64,000 nucleotides of DNA from Raillietiella orientalis (GCA_036172245.1 JAYWIR010000069.1:1-64000); one strand, 5' to 3'. Shown: positions 11,780 through 24,270, numbered from the stretch's first letter. Numbers and translations are program-made. The notes: generated from the sequence alone by a model not told the origin.

Positions 11780-13925
11780 GTTACCACCCGGGTACGCATG
11801 GGGCGTTTATTATTAAAACTCTACAAAAACGTGGTATAAGGCCCCACTAACGGCCACACAACACCGGACCTGCCGGGACGCCGGGACGCAGCCCGGCGTG
11901 GCTCTCCTCGGCAGCGAAGGGGGATGGGGTAAAAACAAAAAGAAAAAATAAAAACAAAAGGAAAACAAAAAGAAGTTGGAGGGCAGGGAAGGGATCACAG
12001 TTCGCTGGGAAGAGGGCGCATCCTTCGAAGGAAGCCCTTGAGATCCATCCGAATGTTTCCCAGATGGGGCCATCGCGCAGCTCTCCGCATGAAGCAGAAT
12101 GCATACGGGATGACATCCTTCTCGTTTTGGTCCACTCCTTCGTCGCGGGTATCGCTCCAGGCCGCCACGATGCCTCGGATGCAGCAGAGTGCTGCCACGG
12201 CTGCAGATGGTTGCAGGACGTACCGCAGGAAGAGAAGCCGAAAAACGTATCTGGGCGCGCTGCCCGTTGGGGGCCTGAGGGTCGTCCCGAACCGTTCCCA
12301 TAGGGGTCGGAGGGCAGCACAGTCAACAAGAAGGTGAGGGAGCGATTCCCGCTCCCCACACCTGGCACATGCAGGATCCACCGCTCCCCTTGTCCAGTGG
12401 AAGCGGCGTGAGTTGCAGGGTAGACCCCAGTGCAACACCATCAACGCCGACTCTTGCCACTTAAGGGGAAGGATCCTGGATTCACTTAATACCGGGGGTC
12501 ACTTCAGCTCATCCCTGGGGATAGCGAGCAGCTCGCCCCATCTCAATATACCACGCAGGTGGACGCTCGGAGTCTTGGCATCGGCCAGCTCTTTGGTGGT
12601 CCACCCGCTCATCTTCTTCTCGGTGCCTCCGATCCGGCAAGAGACTTGCCACCTAGGCATCCGGCTGCCGTGAAGCGCCCTCCTAAGGAAGGGCATCGCC
12701 GTGGCGAAGGGTGTCCTTTCCGCCCACGTGCAACTCGCGGGAAATTCCAGTATTTTCCGCAGAGTGCGGCAGGCGTAATTGCTGCTTCGGAGGCAGTTCC
12801 GATTATCTTCGCTCCTCAGGTTTAACTTAGCCCATGTGCCAGCAGTCTTCTCCAGCCAGGCGGAGGAGTTGGCGGGGCTACAAACCATCCAGCTGCTCTC
12901 CTTGGCCAGGGTTGCCATGAGCCCAAGCAGTAGGCCGCATCTTCTGATCTTCCGGCCGGGGCACAGAAGAAAAGACGCGAGTCCATCGCACCGAGACACA
13001 CGGCTGGCGAGGAGGCGGGCCGGAATGCACCAAGGGGTGCACCACATCTTCGCCGTGATGGCCATGGTGCGCCATCGCAGCTGAATCTCCAAGCGCTTCA
13101 GCGTCAGGAGGCCAAGACCGCCGTCCCGACGCGAAGCGCATAAATCCTTCAGAGGCACACGAGGCCTCCCGCTGCCATAGAGGGCGATGCGGAGGAGGTC
13201 CTTGGTCCTCTTTTTGCATTCTATGGGGGCGGGACAGACAAAAAGCAAGGGGCTTAGGATGGGGGCCGCGAAGGCGTTCCAAACCGCGGCCCGTTCCGGC
13301 AATTGAAACTTGCCTTCCAGGAACGGGCCGATCGCCGTCTCGACTTTTCGGAGGCAGCTGGACCACGCTTCCGCAGGGGAATACTCCCCCAACGGCACAC
13401 CAAGGTGCTTGAAGTATCGTACCGTGGGGATCATCAAACGGACCCAGTCCGGCTGCCCTGCCCACGCCGCACCAACTGGCATTACGGACGACTTCGCCCT
13501 GTTCACCGTAAGTCCAGTTCCCCGACTCAGCAGGTCGAAGAACTCCTCGACCGCCGAAGCCGGGGTGGACATAGGGAGCAGCAGCGGAAGGTCGTCCGCG
13601 TATGCTGAAACGGCCGGCGTACCGGCGCAGTCCTGCGGCAGTTGCGCCAGAGTTTCCCTGTACGCTCTCAGTACCAACTCGAAGTAGGTACTGAAGAGCA
13701 AGAGCTCAGGCTGTCTCCCTGCCCTATCCCACGCCGCACCGGCACGCCGTGCACGGTCTGCCCGCTGAAAAAAAGATTGATTAGCGCGTCGCGCCAGCTG
13801 GAGCGCAGATAGGCCAATAATGAGTCCGGGAAGCTCAAACGTTCCAGAATCTCCAGCAGGAGATTCGGGTCGACGCTGTCGAATGCTTTACGCAAGTCGA
13901 CAGCGACCTCAAGGGCTCCCTCCCC
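11780..13925 (-). mobile_element. Tx1/L1-clade non-LTR retrotransposon, 5'-truncated: RT C-terminal half, CCHC knuckle and 3' UTR; disabled
   Basis: RT motifs DLRKAFDSVD, RGIGQGDSLS, AYADD and KHLG, then GGLGL and CARCGERESLPHLLVDC. It has a frameshift near 13703, an in-frame stop at 12499-12501, and AATAAA at 11806-11811 (minus). Confidence 0.93.
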
Positions 13926-13939
13926 CACCCGACCATCCG

Positions 13940-14620
13940 AGCCATGGCTGATGGACTCACCGGAATTCCGCCTGGGGATCCCCACGGAGAGGTACTTGAA
14001 GTACCTCGGCGTCCCGTGGGAGGACTTCTCCCCTCCAGAAGCATAGTGCGACTGTCTCCAGAAAAGTAGAGTTGGCGATTGGCCCGTTCCTAAAGGGCAA
14101 GTTCCATTTGCCGGAACGAGCCGCGGCGTGGAGCGCATTCGCGGCTTTTCTCCTTCTCCACCTCCTTTGTGCTTGTCTCGTCCCAAGAGAGGCTGAAAAG
14201 CAGACGAACGACCTCGTGAAAATCTCCTTGTAGAGCGACGAGAGGTCCCTAGTCCAGCTGAAGGATCCGTGTGCTCTGCGCAGGAACGGCAACCTCAGCC
14301 TCATGACGTAGCGCGTTGGCCACCGTCCTTTCCATCCGACGCGAGGCGTTGCCGGGATGCGGGAGGCTGCGTAGGGGATGTCAGCGCCTTCGCCGAGGCT
14401 CATCCGTTCCATGACAGCGCACCCCGCAGGAGTGGGTCTGCCAGGATAAGAGATGCTGTGGAGAGACTCTCTCAAAGTGTCCGTGGGGCAGAACAGTCCA
14501 CCATCAGGGGTGAAAGGAATTCCATGTTTTTTGGACCAGTAACAGCTCCACGCCACTTGCTCTAGGATAATGGCGCTGGCGTGTCTTTTCGTGCAACCGT
14601 CCTCATTGTCGGTGATTTAT
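13940..14620 (+). mobile_element. Degenerate inverted ORF2 fragment of the same family (post-RT region)
   Basis: RYLKYLGVPWEDFSPPEA*...VELAIGPFLKGKFHLPERAAAWSAFAA aligns with RYFKHLGVPLGEYSPAEAW...VETAIGPFLEGKFQLPERAAVWNAFAA on the opposite strand at ~13265-13420. Confidence 0.8.
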
Positions 14621-15678
14621 CTTCCTTTTTTTCCCACCCAAACTTTCCAAAAACAGTGAATTTACTGATCCCTGTGGCCAGCTGACTTTTCTTTCGGAAA
14701 CAGGTGAAGTCTTCTTCTTATGGGGAGCCGGGATTCTTGATGCAGGGATGCGAAAGTGTACCAAGCCGTCCGTGAAAAGGGGAATTCATCTTCCACTATA
14801 CCCGACGACTCCCCGAGGGAAGAACCTGCCGCACACAATGATGCCAGAGCCTTGTTCCGGAGTCAGCATCCACTACGTATCACCATCTCAAATCCACGGA
14901 ATTTCACGTCAAATCTTTGAGGATCTTCTCCGCTCCCAAGACCTCAGCAAGTCTGATTTCCTCGACGGGCCTCTCATGCCAGCTGGACGAAAAGCGGAAG
15001 ACTCCAGCTAATGGCCAGCTAGTGTGGTAAGGCGCGCAATGAGCTCTTTCTACATTCTCCTTGCACCGTTGACCGAACCCTCTTCAGCGTGGCCACCGTG
15101 GTTTTAAGCAGACACGCCAAAGTCACAGGTGCTGTTGAAGCGCAATCCTTTCTTCAAGGAGAAGCAGCCAGAAGCAATGCTTTCTCGATATGCATTAAGT
15201 GGTAGGAGTAGCTCATCCCATTGGAGTAACTAAAGCTTCAAGAAGGTTGCCAGATGGGTAAGAAATGCACGCGCCAGCAGCCTCTGCGACCAAAGCCACA
15301 AAAATCCTTTGAAAGAACAGCCCTGGATCGAATGGAAACAGAAGTCAGGAGAGCGAATGCGCGAGACTTCTTCCTGGTAACCGAATGGTTGCTGCTGGCC
15401 TTCAGCAACTTGCTCACTGCATCAACCACATGGAGCGTGATGACTCCACCTCATCCAAACAGTGAATAGATCTTGAATCCTCGGCAGCGTTCATTTATTA
15501 CCACAATGCCATGCAACACACCGTGCTCTTTAAAGGGCCAAACTTCAAATCCACGTTTCGGACTAACCTCCCCCACGCGATTTCAGATGTGTAAGAACAT
15601 GGACAGCAGAGCCGCCAATTATTTCTTCTGCTATCGTGAAAACTTCCGGAAATCATGGTTTTGGGCAACTCGAAGACA

Positions 15679-18600
15679 TCACGGGTACACAGGAGCTTCC
15701 TTTGGCAATAGAGGTGGCAAAGTGCCATATTCTTCGGGTGGAGAAATCTTTGGAGTGTGAAAATTAATTTGGTCCCTCTTGAAGTCTACTTGAACAGTTA
15801 TTCCGAGTAGACTCTCTGTAGACAGTTGCAGCTGAGTAGTTGTGGAAGGGACGAATGTGAGGAAGCATTTATTGTCCATTGGCTAGAACGAGATACACGT
15901 GAAGCATTTCCGAAGAGATGTCCGACAAGAGAAGGAGTTGCCCACACAACCGAGCGGATCGAATGTCCACGGCAAGCCGATAGACAGAAGTCTGCTGTCT
16001 ACGCATGCGCGTGGCGCAAGCAAAGCGCTTACGTGTGCGATAGCAGCGGGCGAGACGATGCCACGCAAGAGCGAATGGTAGAACACCTACGAGGCGCATG
16101 CCAATATGCCAGCCACATGATGCCCTTTCATGACTTTCGATGGCCTCGATTCGGCAATTCCGAGGGATTGCGTCGGTTTTTCGGGATTCTCTCGCCATCG
16201 GGAAAGATGGGTTGCAAGCAACGTCCACCTAAGCCACAGGGGGCACGCACGGCTGCGCTTCGCTCCTTCTTCTTCAACACCGCAACTGCAGCTGAATCTC
16301 ATATAGGATCTGTGATAACAACTCGCAGGACACTACGAGATGTTCCTGAAGGTGTTTCGGCTCGAATGCTGCTGGTCAGCCCGTGTCGCGGCGCCTCACG
16401 CGCTGCGAGGTCGAGGAAACACCTCGTGTTAAAGATCCTCCGCGAACTCGGGCTAATGCGACACGCTGGGGAGATGCGACGCGGCTATCGCGGATGGCAT
16501 CCAGCTGTGGTCCTGTTCTTCGCGCGGTCGAAGCCTTCTCCAGAACACCTCCAAGCAACTTCGCGGAACCAGTTTACCGGTCGTCCGTGCGTTTGGAGGT
16601 GCGAGTCCACTCGAATCAGGGACATGGGGGTTTCTAGAGAGCGCTTAGGTTTCTTGCACGCGGGTGGAGTGGGGCGCGAATGCAGCGACCCGAAGACCGA
16701 CTTTCAGGAAGCCCTCAACTTGCGGCGAAGAAGGCGTCCGCCTTACCTCAAAGATGTATTGATTTAATTTCAACGTGATTGTGTATTTTTTGGTGATAGA
16801 GATCTGCACCAAAACGTTCGTTTTCGGTTCGCAGTTCACCTGGAAGGGATTTTTTTTTTTTCAGTGGATTGTCAAAGATCAGTGGAGACCAACTTGATAT
16901 AATCCGTATTGCATTTTCTTCGCCTTGGGATCTAATGTGACGGCCAGTTCTCTCACGAATTTTTCAGGAGCCGCAGCCAAATAGCTATCCAATCTCAGGT
17001 GAGTCGTGATATCCTTTGACGTGTGTTTCACCCTTCCGCCTTCTTCTATGGTGAGTCTGGGAGGAGAGAAGCGGATTAGGGTTTCTTGGCAGGAAGCTCA
17101 ACTGGCGTCTGCAGTGGCAACACCAGTAGCTCAGGAAAAGAGAACGTGAAGAGGACAATCGTCAAGGGTTTGCCCGTTCACCAAGGGAAAGGATCCTTGA
17201 ACGGAGTCTGCCAATCTGGGTTCGCAGTGGCTAGAATAGGAGTGGGGACCATCTCATAAAGGGGGAGCAAGTGCAGTCGGCGGCAAGCGCATAAGGTGTT
17301 TCCTTATGCACATCCACTCCAATGATGCCCCTTTCCTCGATTTAGCGGCGAAGAACAGCATCTCACCTGTGTGTTTTAAACGAATAAGTCTTTTTGCCTT
17401 TAGGATTGAGGAGCTTCACGGAGTCGTCAAAACTGCTCAGCAGGTCCCCGTGGAGTGGATCCAGAGTGAGAGTTCCACCTTCTCTGGAATTCCCGTGAGG
17501 AAACGGATCTCATCCGGCGAGTGCGTCTTCTTACCTATTCAACTTCACTGTCATCTTCAAAGAGGAAAGGTTTTTCTTCCGAATGATTTTTTTTACGTAA
17601 TCCCTGTTGATGGGAAAGGTGCCCATGTACATATTGAGATTTGGGATGGGGTTGTTGAGCGGAGGTGAGTAAGACGAAACAATGCGTATTGGGACGGTTT
17701 CTGGTAACAGCAAGGAACTCCTACTTTCACTGGTCATGACCTGAAATGAATTCCGCTTACAGAGGTGGTCATGACCGGGTTGCTTCGCTTCTCCGGAAAC
17801 TCTACTCGGCTTCTCCAAAGCACGCTTTTTACCCCCTAGTTCCAAACCACGCCGTGCAGAGGGGCGCAGTCGACCTCTTGGACCGATCGCAACGCACACC
17901 GAACCGCCTCGTCTCTTTCGGTTTCGCGCGAGCATTTCAAGTTTCTCTTCTCGCCAGGCAGCAGCGGCTGGCAGCCCCTAGGTTCCTAGGACCGCCGGCA
18001 CCGAAGGAAAGGAGAAAGCACGCAACTCGGTCACCAAGGTGCCACAGCACTCCGTGAGAACAAGCCGCTCAAAGTCTTTCCAGAGGGATGGAACTGCAGA
18101 GCATCACCCATCGACGTCGTCGCTGAGGGAACTGCAGCTGGACCCATTCCCGTGAAATTCCGTCATCAATATGCCAGAGCCCTCGACGCTCGACAAGCAG
18201 AGAGCAGTTACCTGAAGCGAGTCATTTCCGACAAAGGACTGGTGTTGCGTGCCGAAGACATTCGTTCTGTCCACTTTTTGGAATTGAAAGGTCTCGGAAT
18301 CCGCGTTGCTGAATCTTAAACGACTTTCTGCAATGGAAAGGCAAACTTGGAAGTGGCAGTTGCGCGCACTGAGGTCGCTTACTGCAAAATGCAGTCGGGC
18401 AGCAGTGGCTCAGCGCGACCACACTCGAGTACTCTCCAGCATCCAGGACAAGGGGCAAATGTTGGTGTGTAGATCCCAGAATAGCATCCAGAATGTAGAA
18501 ACTCTGCATTATTGGAGTGTGAAGGAGGCGGAAGGGCTGCACTTACTCTCACATACTGAAGATGAAAGGTTTCTGTCTCAAGTGGAAGTTGAGCTGCCCT

Positions 18601-18708
18601 AGGGAAGTGCAAGGAAGGATCACTTCCGGGTCACCAGCAAGCGATCCCTCAGCACCCTTACCAGGAAACCGCTATCAAAGCGGTGAAGAATGCGGCGGAT
18701 GTCCACAT
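15679..18708 (-). CDS. Secreted pepsin-fold (peptidase A1-like) protein, probably catalytically inactive; 9 exons: 18708-18662, 18598-18547, 18503-18383, 18327-18212, 17740-17535, 17483-17367, 17056-16894, 16839-16747, 15882-15679; 372 aa
   Basis: All 8 introns are GT-AG and phase-compatible, giving an uninterrupted 1119-nt CDS with signal peptide MWTSAAFFTALIAVSWA. A1 landmarks appear in order: FYILDAILGSTHQHLPLVLDAG, C..C, SETF, FVGNDSLQV, GGTLTL, YLAAAP, YQVNC, YI...KC, VDFKRDQINF. AATAAA lies at 15494-15499 (minus). Confidence 0.8.
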
Positions 18709-21039
18709 ACGGAGGCCGATGGAGAAGTTCGGATGCAAACTCGTCGTGCTGCGGCGCTGACAAAGAGGACGTCCCTTCCTCCCTTTGGGCTTCCTCGAGG
18801 CGCTTAGTGAGTATTTATGAGGCTCAGACTCAGCATCCTCGCGACGATCTTCCTGGATCTTTGCAGGTGTTCACCAGTTTTCTTGGTTCTGAGTGTCACC
18901 TCTCTTCTCTATGTCAGTCGTAGTCAGGAAAGCGACGGGATGATGGATCAGCGAGCGGGGACTTTTCCTCTCCTTTTCCCGTGCGCGCGGGACTTCTGAG
19001 TAAGCAGCAGTCACTCATGCGAAGAAGAGAGCATGAGGGTCCCAGCAGTTGTTTCGTTTCCCGAGAGCGCCATCGCTTCCGTCTCTCGACTAGAGCGGGA
19101 CTTCCCCGAGAAGCAGGGAACGGATCGCGGCGCTCAACGCCGCCCGCATTCACCCACTCCCGGGAACGGAGTGAGGCGAGACATATAGCTCGGCATGAAA
19201 GGCCGCTCGCGGGTTGGCAGGAAAAGCGGGGGGGAGGCAACTTGACTTTAGCGTTTTTCGGGCTGTCGCAGGCGAGGAACGGTGTTCCACGATGCTGCAG
19301 TGTTCTCGCTGGAGTCCAGGTTACCGCTTTCACTGCGGAAGGGGGAAGACAGAGCTGCTCGCGGGTCGCCGCAAGGAAACCGGTCAGGGTCACGCGGTCA
19401 GGGTTCCCGGGAAGGCGGAACTCAGCCGAGCGCTCGACCAGAACAGTCTTTCGTTGCTTGCGACATCGGGGGGTGAGGGAAGACGCCGATCCTCTGTCTG
19501 TCCCCTCACGCTCTCATGTGAGAATCCACACGGGCAGCAACCTTGCAGACTGCGCGAAAGTGGCTGACCACCATCACTTTCCTCTTCCTGGTGTCCCTAG
19601 AGCGGAAGCCTTCTGCTGATCCCCGGTGAGAGAGGGTATTCGCGTTCCTTCGTAAGGCCCATTTATCACTTCTGAAGGTCAGCTGATGGGAGAAGCCTCG
19701 TTCCTGCACCTAGCCGCCTCGGAACTTCCTCAATTGACAGGACAGGATCCGTCCGCACTGCCGTGGCTCCAGGCGCCGAGATGCCTCACCTGGTCCCCGC
19801 ATCACGGAAGCGGCCACTTCCAGTGTTGACAGGCACTCTGTTTAGTGGCAATGCCATCTGCAGCGAAAAATGACCTCTCTTCTCTCTTTCCTTCTCTCGT
19901 CTCGAATCACTAAGGAAACGAAGCATTCGGAATTTGCTCGTTGCGGTGGATGCTGCTTCCTTATTTCCCATCAATAAATGTCTTCTGCTTGCGATAACTG
20001 GGATCGACAGCTGAGTCAGCAGCCGTGGCAAAAACTCCGAGCGAGAAACCGAAGCTGTAGAGGAGCCTCAGCTGACAGTGCTCTGGGGGCGTGGCGCTGA
20101 GAAGCTGCGCCGCACGCGACAGGTCTTCCGAGATCCTCCTTAGGCAGAGCCGGGGTCGAGCCCAGCATCCGATCGTGTAGACGCAGCGCCCTTCTGTTGC
20201 GCCTGAAAACTCGTAAATCTCTCCTTTCTTCCCCCCCCCCCCCTCGGCTTTCCTCCAGAGACCGTCGTCCCTTCGCTGGGAGTTCTCCGCGCCCGAAAAT
20301 GCTCGAATCACACACACACACACACCTACCCCACCCCACCCACCCTCCGCGGCGCCAGGTTCCAGGAGTGCCGCTCGCTGCTGCTGCCGAGGCGACCGCT
20401 CGCCCGAGGACCCATGGACGGTGGCGTCCCGCGGACCTCTCCGGCTGCTGCTGCTTCTCCGTCGAAAACCCGCGCTCGAGCCGAGGGAGCGAAGCAACGG
20501 TGCGGCGCACTTGCCATGTCGAGTGACCGAACAGCGCCCACGGAGGCACCGCTGCGCCCTCTGCAGCGACATGCAATGAAGGTTTCCTCCTTGCTGCGCC
20601 TGCCAACAGGTGGAGTCTTCACCCGGCCCGTGACAAAGCATTTCCTCGAGGCCGAATACGCAAACCCGGCAGGGTCTACGCCACTCAGACCGCTTCCGTA
20701 GGGGGTTGCAGACGAGGCCCTTAAGCCGGAGAGCTACGCAGCACGGAGAGAAGACACGGAAAAGGAACGAAAACGATTGTCCCCATGGTCAGGGGACTGG
20801 GAAGAAAGGGTTCACTGCATGTCGCACTGGGCCCTGTGCTCCCCGTGCGAGGTGCCAGCGAGCTTATCCTCTCGCGTACCCACGAGAATGTTTGTACCGA
20901 CGGAGGGAGCGCGTTGCTGGGCGAGCCGCCTCCCCTTCGCAGCGTCTCCTCCGTCCGCTTCGCCGCTCGCAGCAGCGACGGCGCGCAGGCAGCAGAGCGC
21001 TCCGGCTGCGTCGCTTCCAAGAGACCCTGCGTGTTCCTC

Positions 21040-22900
21040 CAAGATGGAAAGATGTCCCAAAAGTATCCGCAGGGCAACACGACGCACGGTCGGGTTCGGG
21101 GAGGATTCCTCTTCCCGGATCCAGAAGCAGTTTGGCGCGTCACGGGGGAATGCGGAACTCGGAGTCCTCCCGTCGAGAAAGACGCAGAAGGCGCAGCTCC
21201 AGTCCGAGATGGCGGCCTCAATGGCCGAGGACTAAGGTCTTAGCTATGGTGGCGCCTGCTCTGAGAAATCCCCAGGCACGCGGCCGGTTTCCAGAGAGTG
21301 GCGCCGTTGCCGCCTCGCATCCGCTGCCTGGACGGTGCACATTGTGGCTCCAACCAGGATAGCGTGTAAGAGTTTTTCTCTCAAATCGTTGGAGTAACAA
21401 AGGTGGTGTTTGGAGAACCACAAGGAGAATCTCCTTCCACTTGCAGATCCCGAAGGCAAAAAGCGGGACGTTCCAATGTGCACCTCCAGGAGGTGCATCT
21501 TTCAGAAACAACAAAAGATATTAAAGAGAACAATTGTTGTTTTTAAAGGATACTTTTTCATCTTTTGCTTTTTGCTCAACCTTACAATCGAGAATCTTAA
21601 GCACTGGCGCAGATCCCATTGCATTGGCCACCTGAGATGCTGTGGTCTCTCTAGAGGAATTGGAAAGGGACGGAAAGAAGTGGGCCCCGCCTCATCACGG
21701 CCTTCATTCGGCCACTACGCCATTGTCCCTACGGAGGAGTTGCCTACCAGAGGGATGCGTAACCTCGCAGCAGGAGCGATTGGGCCCGTGGAAGACGGAC
21801 CGGCGAGCAGACGTGAACCTGCCAAATGACCGCTCCGACGGGAGGAACACCTGAACACTCCTCCGCGAGACAGCGTGAGGACCCCTCCCTTCTATCTGGA
21901 CAGCACCATCCTCCCCTAGGGCGGGAGGTGGAAGAGGCGACTTGGCTGTCCTCACGGTGGAGCTTCCTCCGCCTGCAACGGCGGCATCACCGGACCCTGG
22001 AATCCGTGGACGCGCTGGCTCGACTCACCAGCACCAGCTCTGAAGATCTCGTTCCAGTACAGTGGTTCGGCAGGATGCTCCTGTGTCGACGAACCGGTCA
22101 GAGGAGCTCGTGCATCTGCCACACCTTTGGCCACCAAAAGGACTTGTACGCGGGGGCAAGCTGCCCATGATACATCCGGAGGAGGTGGAGTGGATCCCAG
22201 CGTGTTGGGATAGTGGTGTCTTCTCCCTCAAATGGCAAAGGATGGCGTTGCTGATGTGCATTGGGAAATGCATTGGTGCATCCAAAGCACGCCTGCAGCA
22301 TTGGACACGAGGGAGTGTCGATGCCCACTGTGAGGAGGTTAGCGAAAAGCGTTCCTTCCCGCACCTTCTGCTGGACTATCCGCCCTCCAACCCCTTTAGG
22401 AACTCTGGAGGGCGAATCCAGAGACATTTTCCGACTGCTTCTCCGCGTACCCATTTGCCTCCAACCGCATCTTCAGCAGTTCTCCGCTGTATCCGTGGAA
22501 TCGTGGCATGCCGGAACGCTGTAAGAAGAAGCCAAGATGACAAGGATGCCATCCACTGGGTGCGAATGTTTTTGGAGACCGCCTCAAGATCGCCTCACCA
22601 GGAAAACTTGTCAGCATCCTGGGCAGGATGCAAAGGACGTCTACAGGAGGACTGTGATTCCTTCCCTGCCCTCCCCTTCCCAGGAAACTACTCCTCTTCT
22701 CCTTTTTTGTCCCTTTTGGTTTCTTTGTTTTTTGTGGTTCTTTCCCCCTTCGCTTCTGGAGCGGACCTCACCGGTCTGCGTACCGGTTTTTGGCAAGTTC
22801 TACGCGCGTATTAGAGCCAAATGTTCTACCACGCTTTTGTTAATATTACGACTTTTATTATAACCTTTTATAATAAATGTCCCTGCAAATCCGGATGACA
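21040..22900 (+). mobile_element. Highly degenerate Tx1/L1-like copy (post-RT region to 3' terminus)
   Basis: HWTRGSVDAHCEEVSEKRSFPHLLLDY, AVLRCIRGIVA and CDSFPALP match the C-terminus of the 11780-13925 copy; the terminus is AATAAATGTCCCTGCAAATCCGGATGACA. The 5' boundary is approximate. Confidence 0.7.
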
Positions 22901-23219
22901 GACGTTTGGCCGCAGCGCTGTCTTCCCTATGGGAAAACAGCGGCAGTTGACTACCGGCGAGGTGGGAGTTCTCCTGCACCATCGCGGGAGCGGAAAAATT
23001 TCTAGGAGGATAATTCACGAAAGTGATGGCCGACGCGGCTATGCCGTGTTTGCAAGCGAAGGGCTCTCGCCGGTGGACAGCATTTTGAATGTGTTCCCGA
23101 AGAACTGTGTCCCTCTCCTGTGTTTGCACTCTTCTGTCCTCTCTCTCCGGTGTCAACACGACGTGGTGCTGTTCCTGCGCTGGAATCCTCCCTGAAAGAA
23201 ACGCGTGCACCACCTGACG

Positions 23220-24270
23220 AGGGAGAGTGCGTTTGCGGAGCGTGCCAGGTGCGGGGAGATCGAATCTCTCCCCCACCTGCCGACGAACTGAGGCGTCATC
23301 CGTCCTCTGTAGGAGAGGCTGACATCGGCTCTTCTCCACCCGGAAGATACTCCTGTTGATCTTCTGCTGCGCCGCTCCTTCAGTCGAGGCGGGCTCTCCT
23401 CTACCGCCGTGATTGCGACTTTGTGTTGGCATCCGTGCCATTCTAACGTCCCGATGCTCGTTGGGGCTCCACGGACGGCGAAGAGAGGCTGCCTGCATCG
23501 TTATGTTCTTTCTGAAGAAAGCAAGCAGGTGGCATGATCTGAAGCGGGAAGTCTGCAGGCAGATCAGCAACGTCGCAAGAAGGATTTAGAAGAAGAAACA
23601 ATATGGGTGCCTCCTTTTCCACCCACCAACAATTTATTTTTTTATCCCTTCACCTCCTCAATGCTGCAGACAATTTCTCCTTCGTCCTGCGAGTGGGCGA
23701 GTCCTCCCGTGATGAACTTCATTTAGTTTCTTTTTTCGATTCACAAGGGTAGGTTCCTTGTTATTTCCTTGAGGCCTTATTTTTTTATCAAAATAAACGC
23801 CGTGGCGCAATCGGGTGAAGAGCCTTTTGAAGGAAAATCGACCACGATTTTGCTGACTGGAAGTCTTCCAACGGAACGCCAAAATACTTGAAGCATTGGA
23901 AAATATGTGGAAATATCCCGGCGGATTGATCCAGCCTGCCCCTCTTACGACGTATAAACTGGTACGACCCTGAACTTCGTCCTGTTGACGCTAATGCCTC
24001 CGTCCCGAAACATGAAAAAATACTCCAGCGTTGCCGCTGGCATGGACATAGGCAGCAAAGGAAGCAGTTCATAAGGACGGCGTTCGCAAAATTCGGTCTG
24101 TTCCACGTTCCTGCAGCATTCCTGAAAGAGGGTCCCCAGGAGAACTGCAGTAGGAAGCACTGATGTCTGAGGACGTCACGAATGAGAAGGCAACATCCCT
24201 CAAAAGCGACAACCTTTTTAAAAAAGTCGACAAATCGCGGGCATGACGGCAGCCGCAACGTTGCGACACA
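23220..24270. mobile_element. Tail-to-tail Tx1/L1-like fragments: + strand knuckle and 3' end (23220-23820) abutting a - strand RT fragment (23822-24270)
   Basis: On +, ARCGEIESLPHL and AATAAACGCCGTGGCGCAATCGGGTGAA. On -, LPLLPMSMPAATLEYFF...GISVNRTKFRVVPV and FKYFGVPLEDFQSAKSW. Confidence 0.65.

Noticed and set aside
15826..16767. 313-aa + strand ORF
   Set aside because: It lies antisense in the last intron and exon of the pepsin-like gene, has Arg/Ala-rich GC-shadow composition and shows no motifs.
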